Source: Octopus vulgaris
Lineage: Eukaryota
Assembly (NCBI GenBank): GCA_951406725.2
Contig: OX597836.1
Coordinates: 14,880,001 to 14,944,000 of the forward strand
Direction of reading: 5' to 3'
Length of the DNA stretch: 64,000 nt
Positions 1 to 14,158 of this stretch are shown here, piece by piece. Made by a program: the position numbers and the translations under genes. The stretch's first letter is position 1. The number at the start of each line of letters is the position of its first letter. The notes under the pieces are model-generated. The model saw only the letters and a program-made list of their open reading frames with translations, was not told the DNA's origin and did no database searches.

Positions 1-674
1 CAGTAGTTGATGTTTCCGGTAAATATGAATTGTCAGGGGTTAGTGTTTTCGTCCATTCTGACGGGCAGCAAGCAAGTGATTCATGAGGTTGACGGGGGGA
101 AACAGAAAATGCTTCATCGTGGATATGTAAGAGAGAAATGTGGAAGAAAGAGGAGATTTGAGAGTGACGGATTGAATCATTGATGAGGAATAACACTAAA
201 GGGTTTCTTGAATGAGATGGTGATGATGGTGGTGGTGGTGGTCGTCGTCGTCGTCGTAAATGTGTATGAGTTTGTGTGATGCATGTGTGTGTCTATGTGT
301 ATGCGTGCATGTGTATGAATGTGCGTGTGTATACGTATGTTTGTGTGTGTGCGGAAGTGCGAGTGTATGTGTGTGTGCATGTGTATGTATGTGTTTGCGT
401 GCATGTGTGTGAATGTCCTCGTGTATACGTGTTTGTGTGTGTGTGTGTATGTGTGCGTATGTGTGTGTATGTGTGTGTATGTATGCGTGTGTGTACGTTT
501 GTGTACGCGTTCATGTGTGCAAATGTGTGTGTATACGTGTGTGGGTGTGTATGTGTATGCGCTTATATGTGTGTATACATGTGTGGGTGGGTGCGTGCGT
601 GGATGCTTGCGTGCGTTTGTGCGTATATGTATGGATGTGTATGCGTGCATGTGTGTGAATGTGCCTGTGTATAC

Positions 675-709
<35 letters not shown>

Positions 710-772
710 TGCCTGTGTATACGAGTGTGTGTGTATCGTGAGTGTATGCTGTGTTCGTGTGTCTTTTGCTCA

Positions 773-1407
773 TTTACTTGTTTCAGTTGTTTGACTGCGG
801 CCATACTGGAGCACCGCCTTGAAGGTTTCCTAGTAGAACAGACTGACCCCAGGACTCATATTTATTAAGCCTAGTACTTATTTTATGGGTCATTTTTGCG
901 GAACGCTAAGTTACGGGACGTGAACACACCAACACCGTTTGTCAAGCGGTGGTAAGGAGAAAGTATACACGCACACATACATATACCCACGCATACACAT
1001 ACACACACACATACACACACACATATATACTTTTATTCTTTTATTTGTTTCAGCCATTTGACTGAGGCCATGCTGGAGCACCACTTTTAGTCGAACAAAT
1101 TGACCCCAGGACTTATTCTTTGTAAGCCTAGTACTTATTCTATCCGTCTCTTTTGCCAAACAGCTACGTTACGGGGACGTAAACAGACCAACATCGGCTG
1201 TCAAGCGATGGTGGGGAGACAAACGCAGACAAACAAATACATACATACATACATACATACATACATACATACATACATACATACATACATACATACATGT
1301 ATGTATGTATATTCGTGTACGACGGGCTTCTTTCAGTTTCCGTCTATCAAATCCACTCAAAAGGTTTTGGCCAGCCCGATGCTATAGTAGAAGACACTTA
1401 CCCAAGG
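773..1407 (-). mobile_element. Two truncated SINE family A copies (about 773-958 and 1030-1407)
   Basis: Match the family A 3' half (cagtcatttgactgcggccatgctggagcaccgcc) and, in the second copy, the central cttctttcagtttccgtct. Confidence 0.8.
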
Positions 1408-1848
1408 TTAAAAATGAAAAATATTTTCTAAGCAATGTCCGAGTCTCTATTTGCTGTCTGGCAATGTTTATTCAGATGCATTTTGTGATGTCGGACGCGA
1501 AAATACCTTAAGCTAAGCCTGAAAGCAATGAAGTCATAAAAGAATTATCCATAACTTGCAGTAAGCAACATTTATTAAAATAAAAGTATTCAGAACACAG
1601 AATAACATGTAACAAAAACAATTTGCAAACATATTTACATTCCCATATAACAGTTAAGAACATCATTATTGTATTACGCATACGCAGAAGTGTTTGTTCG
1701 ACTAGGTGCTGTTGGCTTAATTACTCACGACTCAAGTTAGAGAAGGAGTGCGTATTATACACAAGGTTTAGGTTTTTCAGAAGTACAGCCCCCACAAAAA
1801 AAACCTGCGTATTATACTCAAGGGCGGACTATACTCGAAGATTTACGG
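1408..1848. mobile_element. One end of a Tc1/pogo(Tc2)-like DNA transposon remnant
   Basis: Ends ...cggactatactcgaagatttacgg followed by TA, with a repeated subterminal tgcgtattatac; the partner TIR is not seen. Confidence 0.45.
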
Positions 1849-1959
1849 TAATTTAATGCAGAAATACTTCGAGCCATCAACTACCAGCAAAATTATAATA
1901 ACATGATGCAACAAAAACATTTTGGACCAAAAGGAGCGGCGACCACAAACTCAAGTACA

Positions 1960-2445
1960 GTGCGTGATGTGTGGATTGTTATGAACGACAACACCTCGTT
2001 TCATGTTTATGTCACCAAGTTGGTGGCAATGTGCTGACCAATAGCCGGATGGATTCTGAGAACTTTCAGAAAGAAGCAGGAAAATATACTGGTACTACGG
2101 AAAACATTTGTTTCTGACCTTCTGGACAACTGCTCTCAACTGTGATCACGCCACAGTGTCAGATTTATAGTGGCACTCGAGGCAGTTCAGCGGTGCTACA
2201 TGAGAAAGATTGCATTAATGGAACAACTGTGCTACTGGGAAAGATTGAAAAAGTTACAACTTTACTCCCTGGAGAGATATACGGTGGTATACACAAGAAA
2301 GGTCCTGCTTGGGTTTGGCACCAAACTTTGCCATCGAGTTATGCCAGACCCCAAACGGGACGTCACTGCATTGTTCCAAAGATCTCACCCATCCCGTCTA
2401 CAACGAGAGCCAGTTACTGCAATAGGTTGGGATTCTAAGGCCCAC
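1960..2445 (+). mobile_element. Degenerate CR1-group LINE ORF2 3' fragment
   Basis: LEAVQR...LCYWERLKKLQLYSLER, homologous to the 31436-32190 fragment. Confidence 0.75.
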
Positions 2446-2451
2446 CCGTTT

Positions 2452-2741
2452 TCTTTTATTCTTTTACTTGTTTCAGTCATTTGACTGCGGCCATGCTGGA
2501 GCACCGTCTTTAGTCGAGAAAATCGAACTCAGGACTTATTCTTTGTAAGCCTAGTACTTATTCTATCGGTGTCTTTGGCCGAACCGCTAAGTTACGGGGG
2601 CCGTAAACACACCACCATCGGTTGTCAAGCGATGTTGGGGGACAAACACAGATACACAAACATATACACACACATACATATACATATACATATATACGAC
2701 GGGCTTCTTTCAGTTTCCATCTACCAAATCCACTCACAAAG
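2452..2741 (-). mobile_element. SINE family A, 5'-truncated
   Basis: Family 3' half plus internal microsatellite. Confidence 0.8.
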
Positions 2742-4010
2742 CTATTGAGCAGGTATCGCCACACTTCTGACTTTTCGTTCCATGGCCTTACTGATGTGCG
2801 ATGTTAGAGAGACAGGTCTGTAGTTTTTGGCATCTGCTCTGCTGCCTCCTTTATGAATAGGGTATATTTTACCCTCCTTCAGCTTGTTTGAAAGTTTGCC
2901 AGTTGTAAGGAAGCTCTGAAAGAGGGACTGCAGTGGTCTTGCTAGGACTCGCTTACATGCTTTTAGAGGGGGTGCTGGGAATCCATCAGGACCAGTAGCT
3001 GAGTTCGGGTTCATTTCATCTATAGCCCTTATTACATCGTCTTCTTTTATATTGATATAATCAATCATCACTGTCTCTATTTTTATATCTGCAGTGGTAA
3101 AAAAGTCAGCTGGATTACTGACTTACAAGTGTCCTAGGAGTGGAGTGAAAACACTTTTGAATTGCTCATTTAGTATTTCACTTATCCTCATTGGATTTCC
3201 TGTGAGTGAACCATCTTTTTCGAGGAGTGGCCCTACCCTGCAGTGCACTGAGGTTGTTTCTTTGGAAAACTTTTAGAAGGCTCTGGGGTTAGATTTTTTA
3301 TTGTCTATAGCACAGGCTTCTTTGCTCTTTCTTTTTCATGGGAAAGTTGCTGATTTTTTAAAATCTCCAGCAGTTGTATTTTCAGCCGGGATTTTTCACT
3401 GTTTTCAGTTTGTTTAGGCGATTTGAAATTTTTGTACGCCGTCTCAAGAATTTTCCTCTCCCTGGGGATTTTGTTCTTGTGTACAGTGTCCTTTCTCTCT
3501 TGGACACATTTGTAGCATATTGCTTGCATTACAGACATGAACTGTTGAAGTTTCGATGTTCGGTGAGGAGAGAGATCTAAGCTAGTTTTGTTTGAAGCTC
3601 TCTTTTTCAACTTGTTTCCAGTTTGCCTTACGGAAGTTCAAGCTGGAAAGATTTTAAGAGTTTCTTGTAGGTTGCATGCCAATGGTTTCCTTTGGTCCGT
3701 ACATGGTCAGCTCTACCATGTTGTGATCCGAGAGTAGCGTCGACGTCACTTTCACTTTATAGATGAGATCTATTTGCTGTCCGGCAATGTTTATTCAGAC
3801 GTATTTTGTGATGTCGGGTGCGAAAATACCTTAAGCTAAGCCTGAAAGCAATGAAGTCATAAAAGAATCATCCATAACTTGCAGTAAGCAACATTTATTA
3901 AAATAAAAGTATTCAGAACACAGAATAACATGTAACAAAAACAATTTGCAAACATATTTACATTCCCATATAACATGTAAAGCAAAGATCCAGTATGTTA
4001 CCTGCCCTGG

Positions 4011-4012
<2 letters not shown>
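2742..4012 (-). mobile_element. CR1-group LINE ORF2 fragment (end of APE endonuclease to start of RT), interrupted at 3769-3975
   Basis: TRAGNILDLCFT and LLSDHNMV endonuclease motifs; SATGPDGFP...IYPIHKGG..KNYRPVSLTS pre-RT motif; frameshifted. Confidence 0.85.
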
Positions 4013-4075
<63 letters not shown>

Positions 4076-4210
4076 GTATGTTGTCCGAAGATTCTCTGAA
4101 CCCACACGCAAAACTCACAGTGGCAAGAGACTGACTCGACCAGCCTATATATACTATCTGATCGCATACATAGATAAAACTGAATGTGCGTATGTATATG
4201 TACACACACA

Positions 4211-4286
<76 letters not shown>

Positions 4287-4730
4287 TGTATATACATACA
4301 TACATATATGCATACATACATGCACACGTGTATGTGTGTGTGTGTGTGTGTGTTATCCGGTAAGCTTTGGCCCGGAACAAGCCCGGATTTCTAGATTTTT
4401 CCGGTTGCTGTGGCCACAGCCTAAATACATATGCTTAAAATGTAAAATAAGCTATGCAAAGTGAAGATCTATACAGTATTTAACAGGTTCAAATTAATAC
4501 ACATTAAAAACAGGATATCTTAGATGTTTAGTAATCCACTTCAAATTCTTAAAATATATCATGGTTTTACCATGTATACTGTGTAACGTTTATAGGATGA
4601 AAATAAAACGAAGAGAAAGAACTTGATCTATCTATCTATCTATCTTGATTTTGTTTAGCGGACATGGACACAAATTAATAACCTTCTAAAGTAGACAATG
4701 CTTAATCTTTATTAATCCACTTTAAAAAGT

Positions 4731-5065
<335 letters not shown>

Positions 5066-5348
5066 GTTTCTTTATTGGCCACACAGGGCTGCACACAGAT
5101 GGGACAAGTTACAAGGTAGAGCTTTTCTTTTGGGGGATGAAAAAAAACAAAAGAAAAAAAAAGGGGGTGGCGTAGGTTTTCGATCAAGAGGGATCGTAAA
5201 AGGGAAGAAAAGAACAAAAAAAAATAAATAAATAAAATAAAAAATAAAAAGAATGAAAAGAAAAAAAAAGAAAAGGAAAAGGAACAAAAGAAAAGAGAAA
5301 TGAGAAAAGAAGAAAAAAGGGGAAAAAAAGGGGGAAGAGGAAAAATAA

Positions 5349-5385
<37 letters not shown>

Positions 5386-5737
5386 CAGATAGATAGATAT
5401 GTTTCTTTATTAACCACACAGGGCTGCACACAGACAGGACAAAATTACAAGGTAGATCTTTTCTTTTGGGGGTAAAAGAGGGGGGTTTGGTTTTCGATCA
5501 AAAGGGATCGTAAATGGAAGGAAAGAGTACAAAAAAAGGGGGTGATAAAATAAAATTTTTTTAAAAAAAAAGGAAAGGGGGAGTTGAGGAAAAAAGGGGA
5601 GGTGAGGAAAAAAAGGAAAGGAAAAAAATTGATCAATAGGGATCGTTATCACAGAAATGTCAATATGAAGTGTAACGGGGAGGACAGGAAAGAAAAGCCT
5701 ACGGAAAAGACCACGGTAACCTCGGTCAATGAAGTCA
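5066..5737 (-). mobile_element. Two Tx1-like LINE 3'UTR fragments inserted in (GATA)n (5066-5348, 5401-5737)
   Basis: Both end tgtcc.gtctgtgtgcagccctgtgtgg..aataaagaaac on the minus strand, directly followed by (TATC)n. Confidence 0.55.
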
Positions 5738-5738
5738 C

Positions 5739-6311
<573 letters not shown>

Positions 6312-7023
6312 TAAGTAAGAAAATGGAGAAATTCAATGGATATAAATTTATTTATTTATTTATTTATTAACGTTGCCTACAATCGTTTCAATTTATACTC
6401 AATACGAATTACAAACATAAGTTTGCATTTTGAAGATTTGGAGCAAACTATCAGGGCGAAAGGATATTAAAGAAGCTACGTGTTGATCGGTTGAGATACT
6501 CCAACAGACTAAGTGGATGAATGCATGTTTAGTTATTTGTGTGTGTGTGTGTGTGTTCATAACTTTATTAAAATATAGTAATAATAAAATAAGGTATATA
6601 AAAAAATCTTAAAATATAAAATATGAAAATAAAAGTAGAAATAAGTAAGTGTAAATAATGAATATTAATGAAAATAAAGGTAATAAAATTATTCAAAGAT
6701 AAGGTATACGGATAAAAGTAAAATAATAAAAAATAAAAAAGGTAATAATATAATGAAAATAAATATGAATAAATACTAAAATAGCTTAAATAAAATGAAA
6801 ATAATATAAAATAAAAATAGAAATATATATGGGTAAGATAAAAAAAAGAAAAATAATAAATATAAATAAAATTTAAAATAATATAATAAAGTAAAAATTT
6901 AGATAACGCTAAAACTCATTTTTTTTTCATTTAACCCAGTTGTTCTACACAAAGAGGGGATGTTACAGAGACAGACAAGGGGTTGGGGAACGAGTGATTA
7001 GCAACATGAAGTTAGACGTATAA

Positions 7024-7419
7024 TCTTTATATATAAAAGTGAAGTTGTGTGTCTGTCTCCTACGATTTAGATTCCTAACTACTCCCACATTTTGCGGTGC
7101 AGTGTAACCAAAAGCGGGTATCTTATAGTCGTCATTCATATCGAGCCCTTCTGGGTATTAGCGCGCGTCTACGATGAGTCTACGATTTTGAAAAAAAATT
7201 TACCATAATTTTTTCCAATTTTTAATGCATTTTTTCGCTATTATATAAGGGAAGTAACTCTCTAAAAATGTATTATTAAATCTCAGAACGTAAAAGGCTA
7301 CAGTAACACCTCCCTTTGTGGTTAACCATATTGAGATGGCTATTATACTTTACATCTCTAAAAATGCTTATATAGTTATTTCCCTTACAAACCCGAGCAA
7401 CGCCGAGCGATACTGCTAG
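7024..7419 (+). mobile_element. Non-autonomous Helitron (family Hel-1)
   Basis: Inserted between A and T; 5' TC; 3' hairpin cccgagcaacgccg.g then CTAG; no TSD. Confidence 0.85.
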
Positions 7420-7779
7420 TTAAAAATAAATGAAAACTATGAAAATCGAGTTTTCATGGCGATATCTGCTCAGAGACCAACGCAAAGTTGCAGAAGTGCT
7501 TGGAAGGAAGGTGTGTAGCGTGTGTTCGTCGCATTGACCATGAGAGAGAAAGTTGTCATAGCGATGCCTGCTCAGAGGCCTACGCAAAGTTGCAGAAAGT
7601 GTATGGAGAGGAGTGTATGAACCGCACTTGAGTGTACGGGTGGTTCAGACGTTTCTAAAATAGCCGGAAAGATGTCGATATTGATAATTAAAAATAAATG
7701 AAAACTAAGAAAATGGAGTGAGGGACGCAACCAACGCCACAAACCACGTACCAACACTGAAACTTGGGTTTTTCACTTT

Positions 7780-8035
7780 TGTTCTCACTCAAGTAGGTTC
7801 CTTCACTCTCAGCACGCTCGCAACAATCTTCCATCATTTCTCGAATGCCCTCTTTGCGGCAAGCATCTCCTTACCAGCCTTATTTTCTTTTTCAGTTGGA
7901 AAAGGAAAAAGTTAACCAACCCAAGGCTGGAGATGAAGATGCCCGTCACAATCCCTTTCACTCGCGTCTTCCATACTTCTTCCTTCGGGATAGCTACTAT
8001 ACAGAGGGAACAAGCCTGCTCTTCCCTGTCCACAA
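7780..8035 (-). mobile_element. Tx1/L1-like LINE ORF2 C-terminal fragment
   Basis: IVAIPKEEVWKTR...GLVNFFLFQLKKKIRLVR, homologous to the 5792 peptide. Confidence 0.55.
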
Positions 8036-8069
8036 GTTTTTTTTTAATTCTCTCTCTATTTATTTTCTT

Positions 8070-8201
8070 TCATTCTTTTCTGATGAAGAGCGAAGGCTCG
8101 AAACATAAAAAAACTTTCTCACTTTCCCGAGCGTCAAACTATTACACTTGCTTGTTCATACACCTATCTTCGTCTTTTGTTTTTCTGTAAATTTCAACTA
8201 T
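8070..8201 (+). mobile_element. Short repeat family H1 with hammerhead-like motif (Penelope pLTR/retrozyme-like)
   Basis: tcttt-CTGATGA-A-GAGC-gaag-GCTC-GAAA-CA-TA, followed by the conserved family tail cccgagcgt...tcttcgtcttttg. Confidence 0.65.
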
Positions 8202-8209
8202 CTGTGTGT

Positions 8210-8290
<81 letters not shown>

Positions 8291-8742
8291 TGTGTGTGTG
8301 TGTGTGTGAGTGTGTGAGTAGCGACTGAGGGTGCCATTCAGCACCAGTGATGCTAGAAATAAAAGTCAGCACAACTCATAGCCACAATAAGGCACCGTCT
8401 TATTCCCTAAGGGAGGCGAGCTCCCTAAACAGGGGGCATCGCCAAATCACCAGTGATTACGCATTACGAGTTAGTTTCTTTTATCTTTTGATTCTATTCA
8501 ACAAGCGGTTTTAGTGTTATGTAGAAAGAGTAAGGTCACGCAGTTATTTATATATTTATTTATTTGACAGCCTTCCATATGCTCCCTTTAAGGCTGGAAG
8601 GACCATAAAAGGGAGACAATAAGTGTGAGATGGTACGACAGGAAGTGTATAAAACAAGAAGGGTGGCCATATATCAATAATTAGATAAATAATTATACAA
8701 TAAAAATAAATAAAGCATGTGTATATATGTGTGTGTATATAC

Positions 8743-8778
<36 letters not shown>

Positions 8779-8780
<2 letters not shown>

Positions 8781-9161
8781 CGCAGGAGTGGCTGTGTGGT
8801 AAGTAGATTGCTCACCAACCACATGGTTCCGGGTTCAGTCCCACTGCGTAGTACCTTGGGCAAGTGTCTTCTACTATAGCCTCGGGCCGACCAAAGCCTT
8901 GTGAGTGGATTTCGTAGATGGAAACTGAAAGAAGCCCGTCGTATATATGTATATATATATATATGTGTGTATGTGTGTTTGTGTGTGTGTGTGTATGTAT
9001 ACGAGAAGCTTCTTTCAGTTTCCGTTTCCCAACACCTCTCAGGTTTTGGTCGGGCCGAAGCTATAGTAGAAGACCCTTGCCCAAGGTGCCACGCAGTGGG
9101 ACTGAACCCGGAACCATGTGGTTGGTAAGCAAACTTCCTACCACAAAGCCACACCTTCGCC
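8779..9161. mobile_element. Inverted pair of SINE family A 5' halves (8779-8941 +, 9002-9161 -)
   Basis: tRNA-derived head with A box (tggctgtgtggtaa) and B box (ggttcagtccc), and CORE-like accttgggcaagt. Confidence 0.85.
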
Positions 9162-9179
9162 TATATTTTATATGTAGAT

Positions 9180-9220
<41 letters not shown>

Positions 9221-9419
9221 ATATTTATGTATGCACGTATGTATGTATGTGTGCGTGTGTGCATCTATATAAGTGTGTATATATATTGTGCACGTCTTTG
9301 AAGAGGATTGGCCTTTGTCTGAAGGTTTGCCTATCTGTCTGTGTGTCTGTGTGTTTTTGTGCTTCCGTATACCTATTTGACTTTAGAAAGCATGATCCAC
9401 AGATTGTGTATGTGTGAGT

Positions 9420-9716
9420 GTGTGTGTGTGTGTGTGTTTGTGTGTGTATTTGTGTGTTTCTTAATGTGTATGTGTATATGAGGAGTTCGTGTGTGTGTGT
9501 GTGTGTGTGTTGTGTGTGCATTTGTGTGTTTCTTAATGTGTATGTGTATATGAGGAGTGCGTGCGTGTGTGTGTGTGTGTGTGTTTGTGTGTGTATTTGT
9601 GTGTTTCTTAATGCGTATGTGTATATGAGGAGTGCGTGCGTGCGTGTGTGTGTGTGTGTGTTGTGTGTGTATTTGTGTGTTTCTTAATGTGTATGTGTAT
9701 ATGAGGAGTGCGTGTG

Positions 9717-9760
<44 letters not shown>

Positions 9761-9935
9761 TGTGTGTATTTGTGTGTTTCTTAATGTGTATGTGTATATG
9801 AGGAGTGCGTGTGTGTGTGCGTGCGTGTGTGTGTGTGAGTGTGTGTGTGTGTGTGTTTGTGTGTGTATTTGTGTGTTTCTTAATGTGTATGTGTATATGA
9901 GGAGTGCGTGTGAGTGTGTGTGTGTGTGTGTGTGT
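9420..9935. repeat. Compound minisatellite: about 6 copies of atttgtgtgtttcttaatgtgtatgtgtatatgaggag separated by variable (TG)n
   Basis: Direct reading. Confidence 0.85.
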
Positions 9936-10178
9936 AGTAGAGAAGATTATTTGCGCCGTTTGTGCCACTTAGGACATGCTATTCTCTATCTGTATCAACG
10001 TATGTGTGACGTATATGAATGTACATATGTATGTAGATGTGTGTGTGTGTGTGTGAGTGTGTACGCGCATGTGTGTATGCGTGTGCATCTTAGCATATGT
10101 GTGTGTGTGTGTGTGTGTACGAGTGTTTGATTGTATATCCTGGAGCGGCTTCCATGGGTCCTATTTTGTGAATGTTTG

Positions 10179-10218
<40 letters not shown>

Positions 10219-10259
10219 CTTATGATTGTGAGTGTATACAAGTATCTGTGTGTGTGTGT

Positions 10260-10290
<31 letters not shown>

Positions 10291-10344
10291 GTGTGTATGC
10301 GTGTGTGTGCGTGTGTGTTTGTGTGTGTTTGTGTGTGTGTGTGC

Positions 10345-10376
<32 letters not shown>

Positions 10377-10416
10377 GCGTGTGTGTGTGTGTGCGTGTGT
10401 GAGTGTGTGCGTGCGT

Positions 10417-10458
<42 letters not shown>

Positions 10459-10607
10459 CACTTGTATGATCCAATCAGGAACGACAAACACGTTCCCACC
10501 ACCAGCCGTCTCCTCTGCATGACGTTCCAACAAACCCTCCTCCCACCATCCCTCTCGCCTTGCCATCCACTTAAGTCTATCATCATCATCATCATCATCA
10601 TTATTAT

Positions 10608-10659
<52 letters not shown>

Positions 10660-10669
10660 GGTGGTGGTG

Positions 10670-10741
<72 letters not shown>

Positions 10742-11355
10742 TATTTATTATTATTATTATTATCATTATTATCATTATTATCATTTATGAATAATAATAT
10801 TTTTTCATCGTCGTCGTCTTTTACCGGTTGCTATTGTTCTCTTTTTTTATCGCTAGCGATTCACATCAAACGGGATTTTCGTGAAGGAAGGACAACAAAC
10901 ATACTAGGTACGTGCTTGACCGCTTCTCCCCTTTCTGAAACTGTTAATTTGTTGTTGTTGTCATTGTTCTTGCTGCTACAGCTGTCGTTAATATTGCAGT
11001 TGTTGGCTTTGATGTTGAATTAAAGGTATGTGTATGTATATATATGCATATATATATATATATATGTATGTATGTATGTATGTATATGTATATACATATG
11101 CATTTATACATATATAAATATATATATATATATACATATGTATATATATATATATATATATATGAGTATACATACATACACACATATATATATGTATATG
11201 TATATATGTATATATATATATATATATATTTACATATAAACTTAGATAAACTCACATATGTTTCGACCAAAGATTGGTCCAGGCCATGTCTAACTTAATA
11301 GCACCACCTGATTATATATATATACATATATATACATATGTATAAACATATGTAT

Positions 11356-11386
<31 letters not shown>

Positions 11387-11413
11387 GAGTATACATACAT
11401 ATACACATATATA

Positions 11414-11473
<60 letters not shown>

Positions 11474-11476
11474 TTC

Positions 11477-11701
11477 TTTTCTTTTATTCTTTTACTTGTT
11501 TCAGTCAAGTGACTGTGGCCATGCTGGAGCACCACCTTTAATCGAGCAAATCGACCCCAGGACTTATTCTTTGTAAGCCTAGTACTTATTCTATCGGTGT
11601 CTTTTGCCGAACCGCTATGTTACGGCGAAGTAAACACACCAGCATCGGTTGTCAAGCGATGTTGGGGGGGACAAGCACATACACATAAGCACACACACAT
11701 A

Positions 11702-11752
<51 letters not shown>

Positions 11753-11868
11753 GACGGGCTTCTTTCAGTTTCCGTCTACCAAATCCACTCACAACGCTTT
11801 GGTCAGCCCGTGGCTATAGTAGAAGACACTTGCCTAGGGTACCAGTGGGACTAAACCCGGAACCATAG
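11477..11868 (-). mobile_element. SINE family A, near full length
   Basis: Both family halves with an internal (TA)n/(CA)n tract. Confidence 0.85.
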
Positions 11869-11875
11869 GTAAGCT

Positions 11876-11968
<93 letters not shown>

Positions 11969-11970
<2 letters not shown>

Positions 11971-12148
11971 TAATTAATTAAGGGTTCAGCAACGATTTCC
12001 CTCACCACACACCGAATTTAGAAATAGCAGTCAAAAAGTTTTGGCTATTCTTTCTACTTAAAAGGGGGATAGCCAAAACTTTTTGACTGCTATTTCTAAA
12101 TTCGGTGTGTGGTGAGGCAAATCGTTGGTGAACCCTTAATTAATTAGT
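11969..12148. repeat. Inverted repeat with about 80-bp arms and a 20-bp spacer, next to (TA)n
   Basis: actaattaattaagggttca...ggctat mirrored by atagcc...tgaacccttaattaattagt. Confidence 0.9.
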
Positions 12149-12246
12149 ATTACTTAAACCTTCCTTGAATGGGTCTTTTACATGCCGAACTCTACTTGGT
12201 GAATTTGATGATTATTTCTAAATTAATTAATTTCACCCTATATTAT

Positions 12247-12307
<61 letters not shown>

Positions 12308-12442
12308 TGTGTGTGTGTGTGTGTATGTGTATACGTAGCGTCAAACCATCTTTGAGCACGTCCTCTTAATGTCTGTTAATTTTATTATTCGGTCATTTGA
12401 ATTGATTGTTTATTCGAACTGACTATATACATTTCTCACTCC

Positions 12443-12484
<42 letters not shown>

Positions 12485-12673
12485 GCGTGTGAGTATGTAT
12501 GTATGTATGTATGTATGTATGTATGTATGTATGTATGTATGTATGTATTTGTGTATATACTAACGCGCAAATATCGAGATAAGAAGACAATTTTGTCTGT
12601 CCCATTAGTCATTTAACACAATATTCCCATGTTGTTATTTATAGCTACTGGATAATAAAAAAAAAACACACGC

Positions 12674-12750
12674 GGACTACTTTCCCGTCCTTCGCAATTT
12701 CTAAACACCTACATTGGTGTCTGAGGGCGCAGTGTGCACACTGGGAATGA
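12674..12750. promoter_or_regulatory. Candidate ZNF143/Staf-type promoter motifs
   Basis: GGACTACTTTCCC fits ACTACNNTCCC; the minus strand reads TTCCCAGTGTGCAC, SBS-like; surrounding sequence is non-repetitive. Confidence 0.3.
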
Positions 12751-13200
12751 GGGGACTTCGTTTTTTATAAGGCATTTCTCTGAGAGAAAGTTCACTCGTA
12801 CACAAAAACCCACTGCTTTACAGAGCCGGATGTCTTGCTTTTTGCTTGTCTCTCGGTTATTTCGTATTAATAGTGAGAGACGTTGTGGTGTTGTGTAAGC
12901 TGCACTCGACTTGAATGTTTGCACGGATATTGCTGCCACCTGCCAGAGATGGTCATGCTTTTGTAACGGGTGGACACCCATCCATCATACATAAATGCAT
13001 GTGTGTGTGTGTGTGTGTGTGTCCGGGCGCTCACATGTCATTGTGTTTGTCCCCCACAAACGCTTCACAAACGATATTTACGTTCCCGTAAGTTACCAGT
13101 TCTGCAAAAATCGACCGGTAGAAGAAGAACCAAGAAATAAGTACTGGGTGTCGATTTTTTTTACTAAAACCCTTTAAGGAGCTGCCCCATCACGACCTCA

Positions 13201-13247
<47 letters not shown>

Positions 13248-13446
13248 CAGATCGAACTGTCTCAAGTGTAACTGTCCGAAATAGTAAGGACTTCTGATAT
13301 ACTTGACTGAGGAAAGAAGGCCACGAATGACCCGGCTTTTTTGCTTGTCCTTCTAATTGTTGTTTCTCCTGTCCACTTTTGTATCGTCTATCTGTCCGAA
13401 TGTCTCGTCTTCTATTGCGTTTTTGTTACATTACACACACACACAC

Positions 13447-13481
<35 letters not shown>

Positions 13482-14059
13482 GGTGACTCCGGCACTCGAG
13501 CTGTTCGGGCTTAGCCCGAGTATAAACTTAGTAAAGTGAACCTGTATTTGCAAGGTGACATAATTTCTGCCAACACTGATTTCAAGTATGTAATTACAGC
13601 CAATAGATCGGGTTCCTTTTATTGAGCCTGGTTGCAATTCATTTATTTTCGCTCAGCGTCTGGCGGTCGTCTTAGAGGGTGCCCTGTGTCAAAAGATATC
13701 ATTCGTAACAGGCGTTCTCTTGACATCGTTCCCAGGCGCCTGACTCAGGCTCAGAAGTTACAGCCTGAGTTGTTATTTATAATTGTAAAAATTAAAAGTA
13801 ATTCAAATTCAATGATTTCTTGAAACAATAAATTCCTATAGAGATTAGACTTTAAATTCCAATCTATGAAAAGTTCCCGTTCTACAATATTCTTAAAGGA
13901 ACGGAAAATTATTCAGCGACTCGGGCTAATACGAACGAGCCTGGTAGATGTAAAAGACTAAATGGCATCGCTTGTCAAGAGTACCGGCGACAGTCAGATC
14001 ACTGATGTTTGTTAAAGAGAGGTAGGGGAAAAGAAAATGAGGAAAAAAGAAAAAAGCGT

Positions 14060-14158
<99 letters not shown>

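Noticed and set aside
177-804. Long His/Thr, Cys/Val and Tyr/Ile ORFs here and throughout the ORF track
   Set aside because: Translations of (CA)n, (TG)n, (TA)n and (TATG)n microsatellites with no domain content.
9420-9935. CRISPR-like repeat-spacer array
   Set aside because: The spacers are (TG)n microsatellite, the context is eukaryotic, and there are no cas genes.
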